A stretch of 64,000 nucleotides of DNA, taken from contig NMRA01000849.1 of the NCBI GenBank assembly GCA_002633005.1, forward strand, positions 1 to 64,000, written 5' to 3'. The notes beneath the pieces are model-generated. The model saw only the letters and a list, made by a program, of their open reading frames with translations. It did not search any database and was not told the origin of the DNA. This DNA comes from Phoronis australis. Its lineage: Eukaryota > Animalia > Phoronida. The position numbers and the translations under genes were made by a program. Below, one piece after another: positions 39,671 to 54,509 of this stretch (positions are counted from its first letter, which is position 1; the number at the start of each line of letters is the position of its first letter).

Positions 39671-42600
39671 TTAAACCCCTTATTTCGGATGCGGATGTTG
39701 GCTTCGACTCCGTCCTATTCGTCCCTGCGATGGAAAAATCTGCTTTTTGCGATACAGTCCTTACCAAGTTCAGCAAATCAGCAGTTTCCACCGTTATTTC
39801 CAACGCTGTGATCAACACGGCTAAATTTTCCTATTACTATTTTCAGTCCAAAAGCTAGGACACGAAAAAACACGAAGAAAACTAAGAAATTCATCGAAGC
39901 TGCACAGCTGTTCAGGGAATTTTTCACCTTTAATATTCCCGGATCGATTGTTTCTAAGTGCATGCAGCAGTAAAAGCATCGATATGAAACATGAACAAAT
40001 TATCAAAATCGCTATTCTTGTGTCAAATTTTGACCCACTTTTTTATCTTGGAGGACAGCGGCACGAGTTTTAGAAGGCTTAAAAATATTTTCACAAACAT
40101 TCAAACAGTAAATTTAAATTAGTGACATGTATTCTTACCAAGCATTTTGTACAATCCTAGAATTTCTACCAGAATTTAATCGTGCAGGTGAACTTATTGA
40201 GTGGATAAAGTGCTCATAATTCATACATTTCCGACGGCACCGACATGGCGACTTCTGGTGAATTCAAGGGCATATTCAACCGGCTACTTTGTCATCGGTG
40301 AATATCTAAGTACGAAACATTTGTAGAAACGCTGCTACTAAAAGAAGTTTTGTACATTTTCCGATGTTTGTGTCATAACTATAAGGAATCTTTTATTTAT
40401 TTCTGTGTGAGTACCCATTCAAATGGCCTTGCAATCTGCTAAAAAGTAGTTGAAATTGTTTGGACATCGTTTTTGCTTGAACATAAATTTTTCTTCAAGG
40501 TATAATTGTTGGTTAGAAAGAGGCACAAATTCTTTTATAAATTTTATGCATAAATTGTGTTTTGGTTTCATGCCTTGTATCCTGTTATTTTCTTCTTCAT
40601 GTAATATCAAAGCAACAAAATTTGAAAAATCTTAATATATTTATAGAAATAGGCTACATTGGGATTATGAAGTGTGAAGCTTACTCACAGCTTTATAATT
40701 TTTCATCTTCATGCTCGTCATGGTACTTAGTCGCCATCGTAACAATTATGCATGTCCACATCCATATAATTCAATGACGCTATTTTGATTCTGCCTGTAT
40801 TGCTGAAATTTTGTATTTTACTTATTATGGTAAAAGGCTGTCAGGGTCATTTTGGCTCATACATTAATTCGTGCTGAGATCACTTCAGATTTATTCTGTT
40901 AGATGTAACTTTTAGCTAAAATTTGAAGTCCGTGCGTCCAATACCTTTAAGAAATGACATTTTTATCACTTATGGGAGTTTTACAACAAGTGACAATTAG
41001 CATCCTGTATAGATTAAAATGACTTTACATATCCATACCCAGCATGTGTCTTGGGGACGTGCGAGGCTCAAGGAAAGGGACCAAACGCGGACTGCAGGAG
41101 TTGGCACAATCGTCGATGTAAACTGTTACCATCGACACATGAAAAATACCTTATACTTCACGCGATGTTATGATGTGTTGTCATAATGCATTGGTCGAAA
41201 CGATCCATAACTGGAAATAAGCAAAAAAGGAAAAGATATCCAGTTCTTTTTGGACGTGGATAGTGGCATTCTTCAAGTAAGTTATGCTGTTTTGACACTC
41301 ATATTAATTTGGAAAAAGCTAAATTTACGTGAATTGTGTGTTGACGAAGTTCACACTCAAGTAACAAAGGACAGAAAACTTTGTTTATTGAATTGGAATT
41401 TCTGACTTACCTCGCGACAAAAGTAAACTGAAATAAAATGACGTCAAACTATGTATCTATAATGAAGCAGCTAGCTAATGCTCAGAGTTGCACAGCGAAT
41501 TCAGTTGAACGAATGTATATGCATTGGTAGACAGCATTAGACAACTGAATAGCTCATTTGCTACAAAATACTACCACATTTCTCAAAATATTAGGCACCC
41601 AAAGAAAATCTTTAAGCTTCGATCAAACGTCAGAAAATTTGTCAAATTTGGCTAGCTTCAGAACATCGTATCTCGGAAATGGCCTATCTGGTTCACCTGA
41701 AAGTNTTAAACCCCTTATTTCGGATCCGGATGTTGGCTTCGACTCCGTCCTATTCGTCCCCGCGATGGAAAAATCTGCTTTTTGTGATACAGTCCTTACC
41801 AAGTTCAGCAAATCAGCACAGTTTCCACGGACCGTTATTTCCAACGCTGTGATTAACATGACTACATTTTTCTATTACTATTTTCAGTCCAAAAGCTAGG
41901 ACACGAAAATACACGAAAAAAACTCAAAAAAATTCATCGAAGCTGCACAACTGTTCAGGGAATGTTTCACCTTTTATATTCCCGGATAGAGTGCTTCTAA
42001 GTGCATGCAGCACAGTAAAAGCATCGATATTTGAGATACGAAACATGAATAAATTATCAAAATCGCACGATGCGTTCGAAAGTTATCGCTATTCATGTGT
42101 CAAATTTTGACCCACTTTTTTATCTTGGAGGACAGCGGCACGAGTTTTAAAAGGCTTAAAAATATTTTCATAAACATTCGAACAGTAAATTTAATTTAGT
42201 GACACGTATTCTTACCTAGCATTCTGTACAATCCTAGAATTTCTACCAGAATTTAATCGTGCAGGTGAACTTATTGAGTGGATAAAGTGCTCATAATTCA
42301 TACATTTCCGACGGCACCGACATGGCGACTTCTGATGAATTCAAGGGCATATTCAACCGGCTACTTTGTCATCGGTGAATATCTAAGTACGAAACATTTG
42401 TAGAAACGCTGCTACTAAAAGAAGTTTTGTACATTTTCCGATGTTTGTGTCATAGCTATAAGGAAACTTTTATTTATTTCTGTGTGAGTACCCATTCAAT
42501 TGGCCTTGCAATCTGCTAAAAAGTAGTTGAAATTGTTTGGACATCGTTTTTGCTTGAAAATAAATTTAATTCCTTCAAGGTATAATTGTTGGTTAGAAAG

Positions 42601-43784
42601 AGGCACATATTCTTTTATAAATTTCATGCATAAATTGTGTTTTGGTTTCATGCTTTGTATCCTGTTATTTTCTTCTTCAGGTAATATCAAAGCAACAAAA
42701 TTGAAAAAATCTTAATTTATTTATAGAAATACGCTACATTGGGATTATGAAGTGTGAAGCTTACTCACAGCTTTGTAATTTTTCATTTTCATGCTCGTCA
42801 TGGTACTTAGTCGCCATCGTAACAATTATGCATGTCCACTTCCATATAATTCAATGACGCTATTTTGATTCTGCCTGTATTGCTGAAATTTTGTATTTTA
42901 CTTATTATGGTAAAAGGCTGTCAGGGTCATTTTGGCTCATACATTAATTCGTGCTGAGATCACTTCAGATTTATTCTGTTAGATGTAACTTTTAGCTAAA
43001 ATTTGAAGTCCGTGCGTCCAATACCTTTAAGAAATGACATTTTTATCACTTATGGGAGTTTTACAACAAGTGACAATTAGCATCCTGTATAGATTAAAAT
43101 GACTTTACATATCCATACCCAGCATGTGTCTTGGGGACGTGCGAGGCTCAAGGAAAGGGACCAAACGCGGACTGCAGGAGTTGGCACAATCGTCGATGTA
43201 AACTGTTACCATCGACACATGAAAAATACCTTATACTTCACGCGATGTTATGATGTGTTGTCATAATGCATTGGTCGAAACGATCCATAACTGGAAATAA
43301 GCAAAAAAGGAAAAGATATCCAGTTCTTTTTGGACGTGGATAGTGGCATTCTTCAAGTAAGTTATGCTGTTTTGACACTCATATTAATTTGGAAAAAGCT
43401 AAATTTACGTGAATTGTGTGTTGACGAAGTTCACACTCAAGTAACAAAGGACAGAAAACTTTGTTTATTGAATTGGAATTTCTGACTTACCTCGCGACAA
43501 AAGTAAACTGAAATAAAATGACGTCAAACTATGTATCTATAATGAAGCAGCTAGCTAATGCTCAGAGTTGCACAGCGAATTCAGTTGAACGAATGTATAT
43601 GCATTGGTAGACAGCATTAGACAACTGAATAGCTCATTTGCTACAAAATACTACCACATTTCTCAAAATATTAGGCACCCAAAGAAAATCTTTAAGCTTC
43701 GATCAAACGTCAGAAAATTTGTCAAATTTGGCTAGCTTCAGAACATCATATCTCGGAAATGGCTGATCTGGTTCACTTGATACT
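39671..43784. repeat. ~2-kb tandem duplication (39671-41704 / 41706-43784) around a single N; likely assembly haplotype artefact
   Basis: Both copies start ttaaaccccttatttcggat; N at 41705; distal half near-identical. Confidence 0.88.
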
Positions 43785-45116
43785 TCCACACTTTATCCTT
43801 CGTGCAGTGTTCTGAAAATTAAAGCTAATTAAGAATTGTTTTCAAAATGTTCCGCTTTTGAATGAAAGCTATCAAAAATGAGGATTTTCGTGTTTTTGTG
43901 AAAAAACTTAGACGTTGGATCAAACAAAAACGAAACGATAATGAAAGTGTTTTGAGTCTTTATCTTGATATTTAAATCAAACAAAATTTGGTCATTGTAT
44001 TCGTTGCTTAACTGAGGATGTACCATTAATTTTTCCTAAAGTTTATTATAAAGGCATGGTCACGTGCGACCAATGAACGGGAGAGTGATATTAAGTCCGA
44101 AATTATATTCTAAAGATTTTTGCTGATAGAAAATGTGTGCATTCACGAAGTTCAATCTTATAGTTTTGCAAATATTCGTCTAAATATACAGACTGGTCGA
44201 TATGACACAATCTTAACTTGCTGGTGCCATCGCAGACAGCCGACTCTAATTCATGATCGCATGCATGCAGTTATGTAGGTCTCTCGCACTCAAAACTTGT
44301 GACTGGTAAACTTGGTCGCGGTTTTCAAAAGTTGGAATATAATTTCGATGAAAAGATCGGCTACAACGACCCCTGAAACTACTGCCAAACACAAAGTTGT
44401 CATCAGGTAGTGGTCTTCATTACTAAGCGATTTTACTTTTGTTATGACCTCGTTAATTTGGTCATCTGCCCACCTAAATCATCAAATGCAAGTACGGTTT
44501 TGAGAAACTGCTGGCTGTAACTGTTTCAAACAAGAGAGTTTGCTTTAGTTGATAAATACTCTCCAGATTCTGTATTGCCCATTCTCTGCATGACGTGTTA
44601 CATGCATGCTCAGAACTGCTTGAAACAGGCTCAACATCTTGGGACTCGACTTTTGCTTTCTTAAAAGACAAATGGATGGTTTTATAGCTTTTGTGCTGTT
44701 CTTTTGCGTTCACGTTCCCACAGCTCAGGGAGACCCGACTGTAGCTTCCTGCTGTTTATTGGACTGCTGTGTACACATGTACTTACTACGTTCATATATT
44801 TTTAATGCACTTAAGCAGGGTTCATATAACACGTGTGTCCACAGAAATGAGCCCCATCTCACGCGCCTTCTTTAAAGAGTTCCCACCATGACCCTGTGTC
44901 TCAAAAGGAATTTAAAAATACATCTTAAGAGATTTTTAAATCTCTTAAGACTAAAATAGCCTTTAGTACACCTGTTGCTAAAAAATAAGCCAAAAATTGA
45001 AAAAAAATGTTATCGGGTTTGTACGTAATGGGTGGAAGACCATCTCTGCGGTTTTTTAACCAATGCGACACTGAGGAGTTGTGAGAAAAGTCCGCGGAGA
45101 GTCACCTTTTTCAAAC

Positions 45117-45400
45117 ATGACAAGATGCGTTTGTGGAGGCTGTGGTAACAACAACTTGACTGAGAACGTCTCTTTGTTCAAACTTCCTAAATACGTGAAG
45201 CTTGCACAGATATTTTGGTATCGGTTTGTGCCCCGCACGAGAGCATGGAATGCGATTCAGTCGGAAGCCACACTTTGTTCGGCACATTTCTAAGAATTGT
45301 GTTTCAACTGCACACAAAAGCGGCGTTACGATGAAGGACTCGCCACCTTGTAAGTGCACTTGCAAATTTGATAAATAACGAACAAACTGCTTCCATTCCA
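45117..45400 (+). pseudogene. THAP-domain remnant, probably from a DNA transposon
   Basis: MTRCVCGGC..N......SLFKLP.......W..FV........LCSAHF then an in-frame TAA; C2CH THAP signature. Confidence 0.75.
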
Positions 45401-46039
45401 GGGCGAGTGATGCCAGGCCCTCGGCCCCGGCCCAGATCGAGTGCTATTGCAAAAAGGCTTAGGCACTGTGTTTAGAATGTGCTCATTCCATCATGGCAAT
45501 AGTGAATTCTAGTAACCCAGATTTACTCTGGCCTTGTCAGTGATTATTAAGTGGCTATTTTGTGAATATTGACCACCCCTTGGTTCAGTTGGTTGTGGCT
45601 CACACATGTCTGCAACGTTTCTCGTGCAATTGGGCCGTGTTCATAAGGCTTCAAAGCGACCAAAGTTCGCTAAATGGGAAATCGAATTAATTGTCTGATT
45701 CTTCATGTTCTTAAGTGTGATGCTCGTACCCACTCTCCTCTCTGTCTGCATAATAATTGTCCAGTTCTCGCTCAAAATCGTCCTCGGCTTCTGACCTGCT
45801 GTGTTCCGACATTGCAATTGATTGTCAAGTGGTCAACCGTCTTCCAGCCATTACATCATTTGTCGGGAAATTTAGAAATAACTAATTTGTCTTCAAAATT
45901 AAAAAAATTCGCGACTGATTGGCATAAAAATGTTCATTTAGTTAGATTTCATGTTATTTCTTTCATATTAGCTAACTCGACAAAACCTCAAAAAATAAAA
46001 ACATTACATGATGGGAACTCCTTAAACTTTGAGCCGACC

Positions 46040-46760
46040 ACAGTGTACTGTGGACAGGTGGTTACATTGCTCAACGATATTCCAATAGTTATGGTCATTA
46101 AGAACGTACGCTGTAAGCGGTATGCTGTAAGCTTTATTAATCTAAATTTGAAGACATATGTCACTTTGTAGTTCGTCAGTCGTAACCACTGAGGCGTCCA
46201 CGTTCTTAACTTTCAGGGCCATCCATCTATAGCTACCTGATGTTTATCGGACTGTTGTGTACCAAGCATGTTCATACATTTACAACGGGCGAACCCAGGT
46301 TTTATATAACTCGCGTGCCTACAGAAATGAGCCCCTCCCTTCGCACGCGCATTCATAATTTGAGATGAAGACAGAGTACTGTGAACAGGTGGTTATATTT
46401 AATTAACCAATATTACAAGTAGTCGTGTTCAATAAGAATGTACGCTCTAAGCGATATGCTGTAAGCTTTATTAACCTAAATTCGAACCCATACTTTGTAG
46501 TTCTTTAGTCGTAGCCAGGGGCGGGTCCACGATTTTGAGTTGGGAGGAGGGGCGGACTGGACAGAATTTTATCCAGGATTTTGCCAATCAGACTTTCGCA
46601 CCCTCAAACTGCCACTGAAATGGAACCTGGGAGAGTTTTAGGGAAGCCATGACCCATTGCCCTCCCTAAAACCGCCACTGGTAGCCGGGCGTCCACAATC
46701 TAAACATTCAGGGGGAACCATCTGCTGTTTATCGGATTGCCAACAGAAATGAGCCCCGTC
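46040..46760. repeat. Diverged ~330-bp tandem duplication; second unit interrupted by a MITE
   Basis: gtactgtg(g/a)acaggtggtta...gctgtaagctttattaa...acagaaatgagcccc occurs twice. Confidence 0.75.
46516..46680. mobile_element. 165-bp hAT-like MITE with 5-bp TSD
   Basis: GTAGC|CAGGGGCGG...CCGCCACTG|GTAGC; empty site visible in the upstream tandem unit (~46180). Confidence 0.85.
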
Positions 46761-49159
46761 TTTGTAAGTTAACCTGACCACAAAGCTACCGGCAGTACTA
46801 AAATCATGTGTTTGCACTGTTTGCTATTACATGTAGATGACAACCTATGTTTAATGAAAACTGACAATCATCCACTTTCAGCGAAAGGCATTTCTAGTAT
46901 AGTCAATTAAAAAGCACAGGTAATACGACTTAAAATCGGCTTGCTAAGGCGAACCCAAAATTCCGGTGGGGGTGCGTTCGAACCCGTCGCACTCCCCCCT
47001 CCCTGGGTACGGGCATTGCTTTAAATATTTTATGTAATGATTGTCAGGTAATAAGGTGGACGTTACCTGGCCACAGCATAAGTTTGCAGCTGACGGAGGG
47101 CACAGGTAAGACATATGACCGGTTTCCGAAATGCTAAAACTGTTACTGGTGGGACAGCACAGGTTAGAATCATTAGAAAACATGCATCTGTCATCGTTTT
47201 CTGGATAGAAACATTTAAGCTAAAATTTACCAGAGAAATCAGGTTCTAGTGTCTCCCATCAGGGGATCAGCAGCAGCCGAATTATCTAACAAGAGCAACG
47301 CGGAGCGTTGAAATGCGCCCACGAATGTATCGCAAATGGTGTGCTTTTAGGGTGATTTGTATCATAAAAATGGCCACTAGATGGCGCAAAAACGTACAAT
47401 CCATCCAAAAATGGGAACATGCCATATTTCATAAAAATCTGTCAAGGAACTTCAGACAAACACAGGAAAACAGAACAAAATGAATTTGCCACTTGTGGGC
47501 ATAGCGTCCGTTTCATCCGCCTGAAAGTCGTCGTCTGTTATCTTCATATAAATTCACTTACTAAATTTAATAAAGATCCTGCAGTGGGTTTTGGAGATAC
47601 AGCTACGGGCGCAAAACAAAACACAACTACCACTAGGAGGCGCCACAGCAGTCAGTCACCATCATCAAACGTCCTCTTCACACTGAAAACATACGCCAAT
47701 TTTCAAAACCATCCCTAGAATGATTTGGTTGATCGAGGAGTGGACGCCAAAAGCAGGACTTGAAAACACCAGAAATGGCCACCAGGTGGTGCAAAATACC
47801 TCGATTCTATCCAAAAACAGAAGGATATCGTCATCTCACCAATAGATGCCTATATTCAAATTTTGTGAAAATCTGTTGAGGACCTTTGAAGATACAGACT
47901 GGTAAACGTAAAAAGCTATATTTTTCAACTGCATACAGCCTTTAGTCAAAGACTGTAAAATACGCGATGTTATGTCCTTTCTATAGGCTTATAAACTAAG
48001 AAAAATACATTTTTAATTTTTTATTTACTTACATTTAGACAAAAAAGTGATGGAATATTATTTGAAATCATCAGCACCCCGCAAACTGGCCCCCAGGGGA
48101 CCCAAAAATGGCTAAAATCAAATACACAAAATTGGGCATTTATTGAATTTTAGCATTCCAATGAAGGTTAATGGAAAAAACCTTTTGAAAAGCAAAGACT
48201 CTAGAGATAGACATCATAAAGATTTTTTTCTTTCCTATTCTTTTAAGCCGTTTTAAAACTATTTCTCTAATTGAACCTTTTTGAACCAAAAATATGCTAT
48301 TTTGGCCCCAAATATCAATGATGCTCAAAATTTGTGAAATAAACGTTTTGAACATATCTCACCACGATGTCTGAACACACAATTTTCAAGGTTGGAGGCG
48401 GCGACCCTAGAGTCGACTTTTTGGTGGTCTCGTGGAATGACAGTAAAGACGGTGCCCATTGCCCATTTTATTCGAGGTGTAATACATTCTCGGAAGACAG
48501 ATAGTAGCGAGAATGTGCAAAATGACAACAATCAGCTGGCGATAAAACACGTGTTGTAAAAACTATAGATAAGGTGAGTTCGTGGCCAAGAACTGACTTC
48601 TAACTTTTAAGTTTCACTGACGATCAAAATCTGCCACTGTTTTGGCACTTCAAGCTTAAAAATAAAATCAAAACATAGCCCTCTAGCAAAAAAACAAAGT
48701 AGACTGGAATATTAAAAATAAAATGACGAAAACCGCTATCAAACATATTTAAAATCTTTTGGGAAGGTACCCGTTGTCAAGGTGAACTGAAGTTGCCGTG
48801 CTTAGTTATTTATCAATATCCAAAATATACCAAATCAAAGCTGTTCTTTTGGCCTTTCAGGCGGCAACTGTGCGCAAATACCAGAGAAAACCAATGTTAG
48901 GAAGCTGGTGGTAGCCATTACCTTTCGGCTTCATAAGCTGAATACAAAAGGCGTGCTGGAAAGGCATTTTAAACGTTATTTGAGGGCAAAGGGAATCTGA
49001 GCAGTGACCGGTGTTAGCGAGAAATTCTCCACATGTGAAGATTTTGATTGCAATTCGCCGGACTTGCAGCTGTTCACGCAGTCGGTGTCAGTGTCACAAC
49101 CTGACTCTAAACGAGACATTAGATATACAGTGTACAAGGCCTGGAGGCCTAGTTATTGA

Positions 49160-49203
49160 ATACATATACATATACATATACATACACATACATACATATA
49201 TAT

Positions 49204-49281
<78 letters not shown>
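49160..49281. repeat. (TACATA)n/(TA)n microsatellite
   Basis: Directly visible. Confidence 0.95.
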
Positions 49282-49283
<2 letters not shown>

Positions 49284-49799
49284 GAAACATAGATGAAGAT
49301 TCGTTAATTTTTAGATCTCTCACAAACAGAAAAAAACGCGCTTTTGACGCAAATTTCGTTGTTTTAAAATGTGTGCTGAAAATACAGTTAAAGTAAGTGC
49401 TTTTGCATTCTGGAGCAATTGAAGTGTTGAAAGTTCGCGAATGTTGAGAAACCATGCTAAATAGTGACGGAAATTTTTGTTTGAGAAACAAGCGGATGAA
49501 TATGTCTCGTTCTTGAAAGATTTTCGTTCACCTTGCTTGCTTAATTTTGGATTCGGCGCCTCAAGTTGTGAAATGTCTTCAACGGCAGCGCATAGATGAT
49601 ACTTCAAGTACTTTTAGTCAGACGAATGAAGGTAGTGGTCGGGAAAGAAACCACGGAGCTACTATATTCAATGCCAGAACAGCGAAGGAGGCTGATGCAA
49701 ATTTTGCTTTGCCCCAGACACAGACTTAAGCTTCATTAATTTAGATGTCAGCAGTCATCACCGAAGAGGTCTTCACTGAAGATAGAGAGCAGAGCGCTG

Positions 49800-52700
49800 A
49801 TTTCATTCTTCAGTCTGTGTCAGAGTTTCTAGAGCTGTACGTGATTTTCCACGCAAGGGAAAATTGAAGTGACCAAAGGGAGCAGCAGAGAAGGAATGGA
49901 AGCAACTCTACGAGGATACCGAACCTGTCCTTGAAGTGACGCTGATGGGCTCTGCTCAGAAGAAGCTGGAGTCGAAGACTCTGTTGGTTTACTCAATCTA
50001 GAGAGGAGGAGAGGAGAAAGCCTAGACAACCAGCAGGCCCAGGTAGAATAAAGGCACAGGTTTTCGGAATCAATCAGGAATTGCGTCATTTGAAGAAATT
50101 GTGGGAAAATGCTATCCAACAAGAGAAAGAAGGTTCGGCACAGTTTGCTTTGAATTAAGGGAGAAGCTTTTGCGATTAAGCAATCCTGAACGATTGAGGA
50201 AGAATTGAGTTGAGCGTACCCGCATACGAGGGAGGTTCATGACTAACCCTTTCAAGTTTGTGAATGGCATCCCTGGGAAAGAGATCAGTGGCCGTCTGAA
50301 GTGTACACAAGAGGACCTGGAAAAACACCTGAAGGACGTGCACAGTGACGGGGCCAGAGATGTTCAGTTGGCAGACTTTGGTTGGATGGATGTTGAGGAT
50401 GTACCCAGCGTAGCCTTGGAAAAGGGTGACATCAGGTTCTCAAAGGTGAAGAATGTCGTAGAAAAAAGGCAAGATCAGGGTCAACTCCAGGGCCGTCGGG
50501 TCTCCCTTATAAAGTCGACAAGAAGTGGCCAAAACGTTTGTGGAAGACTCTGAGAGTTATATGGAGACACTACTGGTTGACAGCCGCTAGAGACGGGATA
50601 ATGGCAAGATGTACTTTATGCCATACGCATTGAATCCGTCGAGTGCAATACGGCCAATGCAATTATAATGTTTCCCGCATTCGCCTCCCGCACTACTTCC
50701 TGACATGGAAAGTTCAAAACGTAGGTCAATGTCGACTCGACGTCTTTAGCCGGTTCGATCATCAAACTTTTCGAATGCAGTTTAAAATAATACAGTTGCA
50801 GCAGTTTAAATAACGTTCGACATGCAATCAGGCCCTTAGCGTAACATCTGGTACAAAACTGTTCATTATATGTCAATTCTGGCTCTGTTTCCAATTGCTA
50901 AATATTATATCGTCTGCAACTCAGGTGCCGATTCCTCGGTAACTGCAATATCAAATACTTTTTATTTAACTATTTTAAGTAGATTTAGAAGTTCAATGCA
51001 CAGTTACCATTGTTTCGGTCTGTGTTATCTATATTTCAAAACTGTGCCTTTACTACAGAGAACTTGCAACCTAACGCGCAGGTAAATACATATAGGATGT
51101 GATCCACGACGTGAACAGTCTGAGTGAAGCTGCCGAAAAATGAAAGAAACTTAGGAGTTCGAAGCGTATGGGATAAATACAAAACGTACCTCGTACATGA
51201 AGTGATATCCCACTCGACATTATTCTTCGTATCGTACGCAGAATAATGTCCCGTGGGATATGTACGCCACTCTCGGTACGTTTTTTGTATACCGGTATGT
51301 CCACCGTCCTTTTCATCATGGCTATGCAAACTGGCTAGAAAGGAGTGCAGAAAAATTTTGCTGCAGGGTACAAGGATGACATCTTGCAGAGCATTTGTGG
51401 ATGATTTGACTATCACAACACGGTTTGTTGCAGGTGCCGGTTGGTTGGTCAAAAATCTAGGAGAGCTAGCAAATTGGGCACGCATGAGTTTCAAGGTGTC
51501 AAATCCTTGTGATTGTGAAGGGAAAAGTCAACCTACACCATACCTTAGAGATTAGATCGAGTGCCATCCCATCTGTGAGCAGGAAACAAATCAAATATTT
51601 AGGGATATCATACCACGGGTCTTTGAAAGATGTTGGACATATCACGGCAAGGAGCTGAATGACAATTTGGTCAAGATTGAGAAAAGTGGTGTCCCGGACA
51701 GATAAAAAGTCTGGTGTTACCAATTTGGGCTTTTCGCTAAGGTCACGTGGCCACTGACAGTATACAATTTCTCAATTTTATCTGCAGAGAAAGTGGAAAT
51801 GTTGGTGAGCAGATGGTTAAGGAAGTAGTTGGGGGTTCCTCCAAGCTTTGCAAGACTCGGCTTATGCATCAAAGGTGGTCCGTTTCTCTACCAAAAACAT
51901 CTATTGTGGAAGAGTTCAAGGTAGTGAAGTGGTGAACATTATTGAATCTGCGTAACTCGAGGGATAACATCATCAGGAAGGGCGACTTATCGATAGATTT
52001 TAAAGGAAGTGGAAGGCTGCTGCATCAGTAGAGGAGGCAGAGAGTAGGTTGAGACAAAAAGACATTGTAGGTACAGTTTACTATGGAGGACAGGGATTGG
52101 GAATGGTTCCAGGGATGAGCGGAAGCGCGAAATGGTGCTGGACGAAGTTACATGTAGATCCCAAGAGAACGAGAGAAGATATAAAGAAGCGATTGGAATG
52201 AGGAAACAGGGTGCATAGACATCATGGGAAGGAGTGCATGATAGAAGGCTTACTGATAGAAATCCTCTGTCTTCATAACGGGTTTTCTACTTGGATCTGT
52301 ATACGACACTCTTCCCGCAGCAGTCAATTTTCGGACGTTGGGCATGACTGAGGATGAAAACTGCAAGGGCTGTGGCAAGCGCTGTATGTTAGAACACGTT
52401 CTATTCAGCTGCAAAAGTGAAGTGTATTGCACATGCTTTAGATCAAGAGAGAAGGAAGAAGACGACTCACTAGGGCAAGGGAGTCATCCAGCTCTACAAA
52501 GGCGAAATATCAACAAGAAAATGTGACTGGTGTTCTAGGAATGGCGGCTGACTGGAAGATTGTGGTGGATGTGGTCACTAGGAGTTCAGTCCCGAATCAT
52601 CAAGGAGTTTCCCAGTTGAGACCAGATTTGGTGTTGTTGTCTGAAAGAAAGAATGTAGCGATTCTGATCGAGTGAACTGTGACCTCGGAAACTATTGTGC

Positions 52701-53000
52701 ACCAGAACTCTCACGGAAGGAAACTTCTTAAGTACGAGGAGCTATCCCAGGAATGTGCATCGTATGGTTTGAAGCGCTTCTGTCTTCCTGAAGAAGTTGG
52801 ATGCCGAGGGTTCATTACAAACAGCATGTGGCGGATGACGAAGCTATTGGGCATTTCACCTAGATGGGAGCTGACATGTTTAAGTCTACAGTAAGAGCGC
52901 CGGAGGAAGCAACCGAGTTGCTGTGGTTACAACGAGAGAACAACTGGCAACCCCAGCGTCGACTGAAGGTCAAAGACCTACCATAGGAAAGGGATCTAGG
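49800..53000 (+). mobile_element. Degenerate non-LTR retrotransposon with restriction-like endonuclease (HERO-like)
   Basis: FMTNPFKF, PGPSGLPYKV, RAFVDDLT (RT), CKGCGKRCMLEHVLFSC zinc finger, RPDLVL...IE*TV...RKLLKYEEL...EVGCRGF (PD-(D/E)xK RLE); many stops and frameshifts; boundaries approximate. Confidence 0.85.
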
Positions 53001-54509
53001 ACAAGGTCGAAATGCACATTGAAGATGGACTACTAGCTGACGACAACGCTGAATAGCACATACCATCATGTTTACAAGCACGTAAGTGCCTCATTATTTC
53101 AAAGAGAAGAGGGTCCGCCATTGGGAATAACACGGCTAAAAATAGAGCAAGCAAACATATACGATTGGGTCATTACTGCGATTGGGCGAAGCACTTGAAA
53201 TTTTAAATTGCTGTTATTGGCGGGATGCAAGAACACGATATTTCAAGCTATAATAACCATACGTATTGAGAGAGTTCACATGGCAAAAACTGTACAAGAA
53301 AGCACATCCCAAAACTGCAAGGTCCAAATAAGTTGATATGCTTAAAAACATACATCAATTACCCTGACGTATTGAGATTTGTGGTAAAAAAGATTGCTCT
53401 GTCTAGGAGATTGGAAGAGGGAGATACTGAGTCTTTCGAACACAAAGCGCAGAGACCTGCACTGGATTTTCTCAACCTTCTTTCCTATCTGTAGACTACA
53501 TAGATGTCAGGCAAGTGAATAATAGTTAAAATGTGATTTGATGGAAGGGTCAAACATTTCAAGCTTGTAACGTGTATCAAAAGGTTTCGCAGACGAAATT
53601 CCACGAGAAAATTCAAAGAAATAAAAAATCACCCTTCGAGTCGTCTTCCAGACTCAGTTTATCATGGTGTGGCTCTGATACAAGAATCACCAATTTTACA
53701 CTTATTGGCCTCTTAGCTTTTTAGAAAGTGAAAGTTTTGCATATCGAAAACAACATTTTTCAAATATTAAGAACAGGTATATTGCATGAAATGAGAGAAG
53801 GCAGGTAATGAGGTTAGGAAGTGGGACATGAGGACTGCCAAATAAAATTAATATTAATGACTTCGCACCATTTGTCACGTGACCGAAGCCGTAATTCCGT
53901 AAGCATTTATTTGTAGTGTTGAAAGTAGGTGTCGCTCAAGTGCTTTTACAAGCCAGTTTACACGGCTGTGGACATTGAAATATATGTTTTTGGATAAATC
54001 TTCGATATGTGAACAAAATTAAAAAGTTTCTCGAATGGGCTTTTTAAATTTTTGTTCTAAAACGACCCAATGTTGCGTATTATACATTTTTAAACTAAAT
54101 TTTTTGTAACTTCTTTACATTTAGAATGGCTTCAAAGAAGATAATTAATTGGGAATCAATAATGATGTCTTACATATCCATATTACCGTTTCACCAATTG
54201 AGCTCTCATAACTGACCATGGGTCAGAGACATAGGCACAAGTGATGCCAATGCTCAAAACGGTTGACGACATTAGACACAATTTTTAGGCTGACGTGAAT
54301 AATTCATGTGATTGTTAAAGAAATATTCATATCTCTACACTATGTCAAGGGAATTTGGCTTTTATTTATAAAAATTTCTTTTGAATTAAGGGTTCGAGAG
54401 TGTATGAAGCGGTCGAACCGAAATATTTTTTCACGTTGAAGACTAAAGCCTACATCACAGGAAAGGTATCAATGTTTGAAATATAAAAGTGAAATAAATA
54501 ACAAAATTG

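Noticed and set aside
49011-49491. ORFs with YI/HI/YV runs
   Set aside because: Translation of the (TA)/(TACATA) microsatellite
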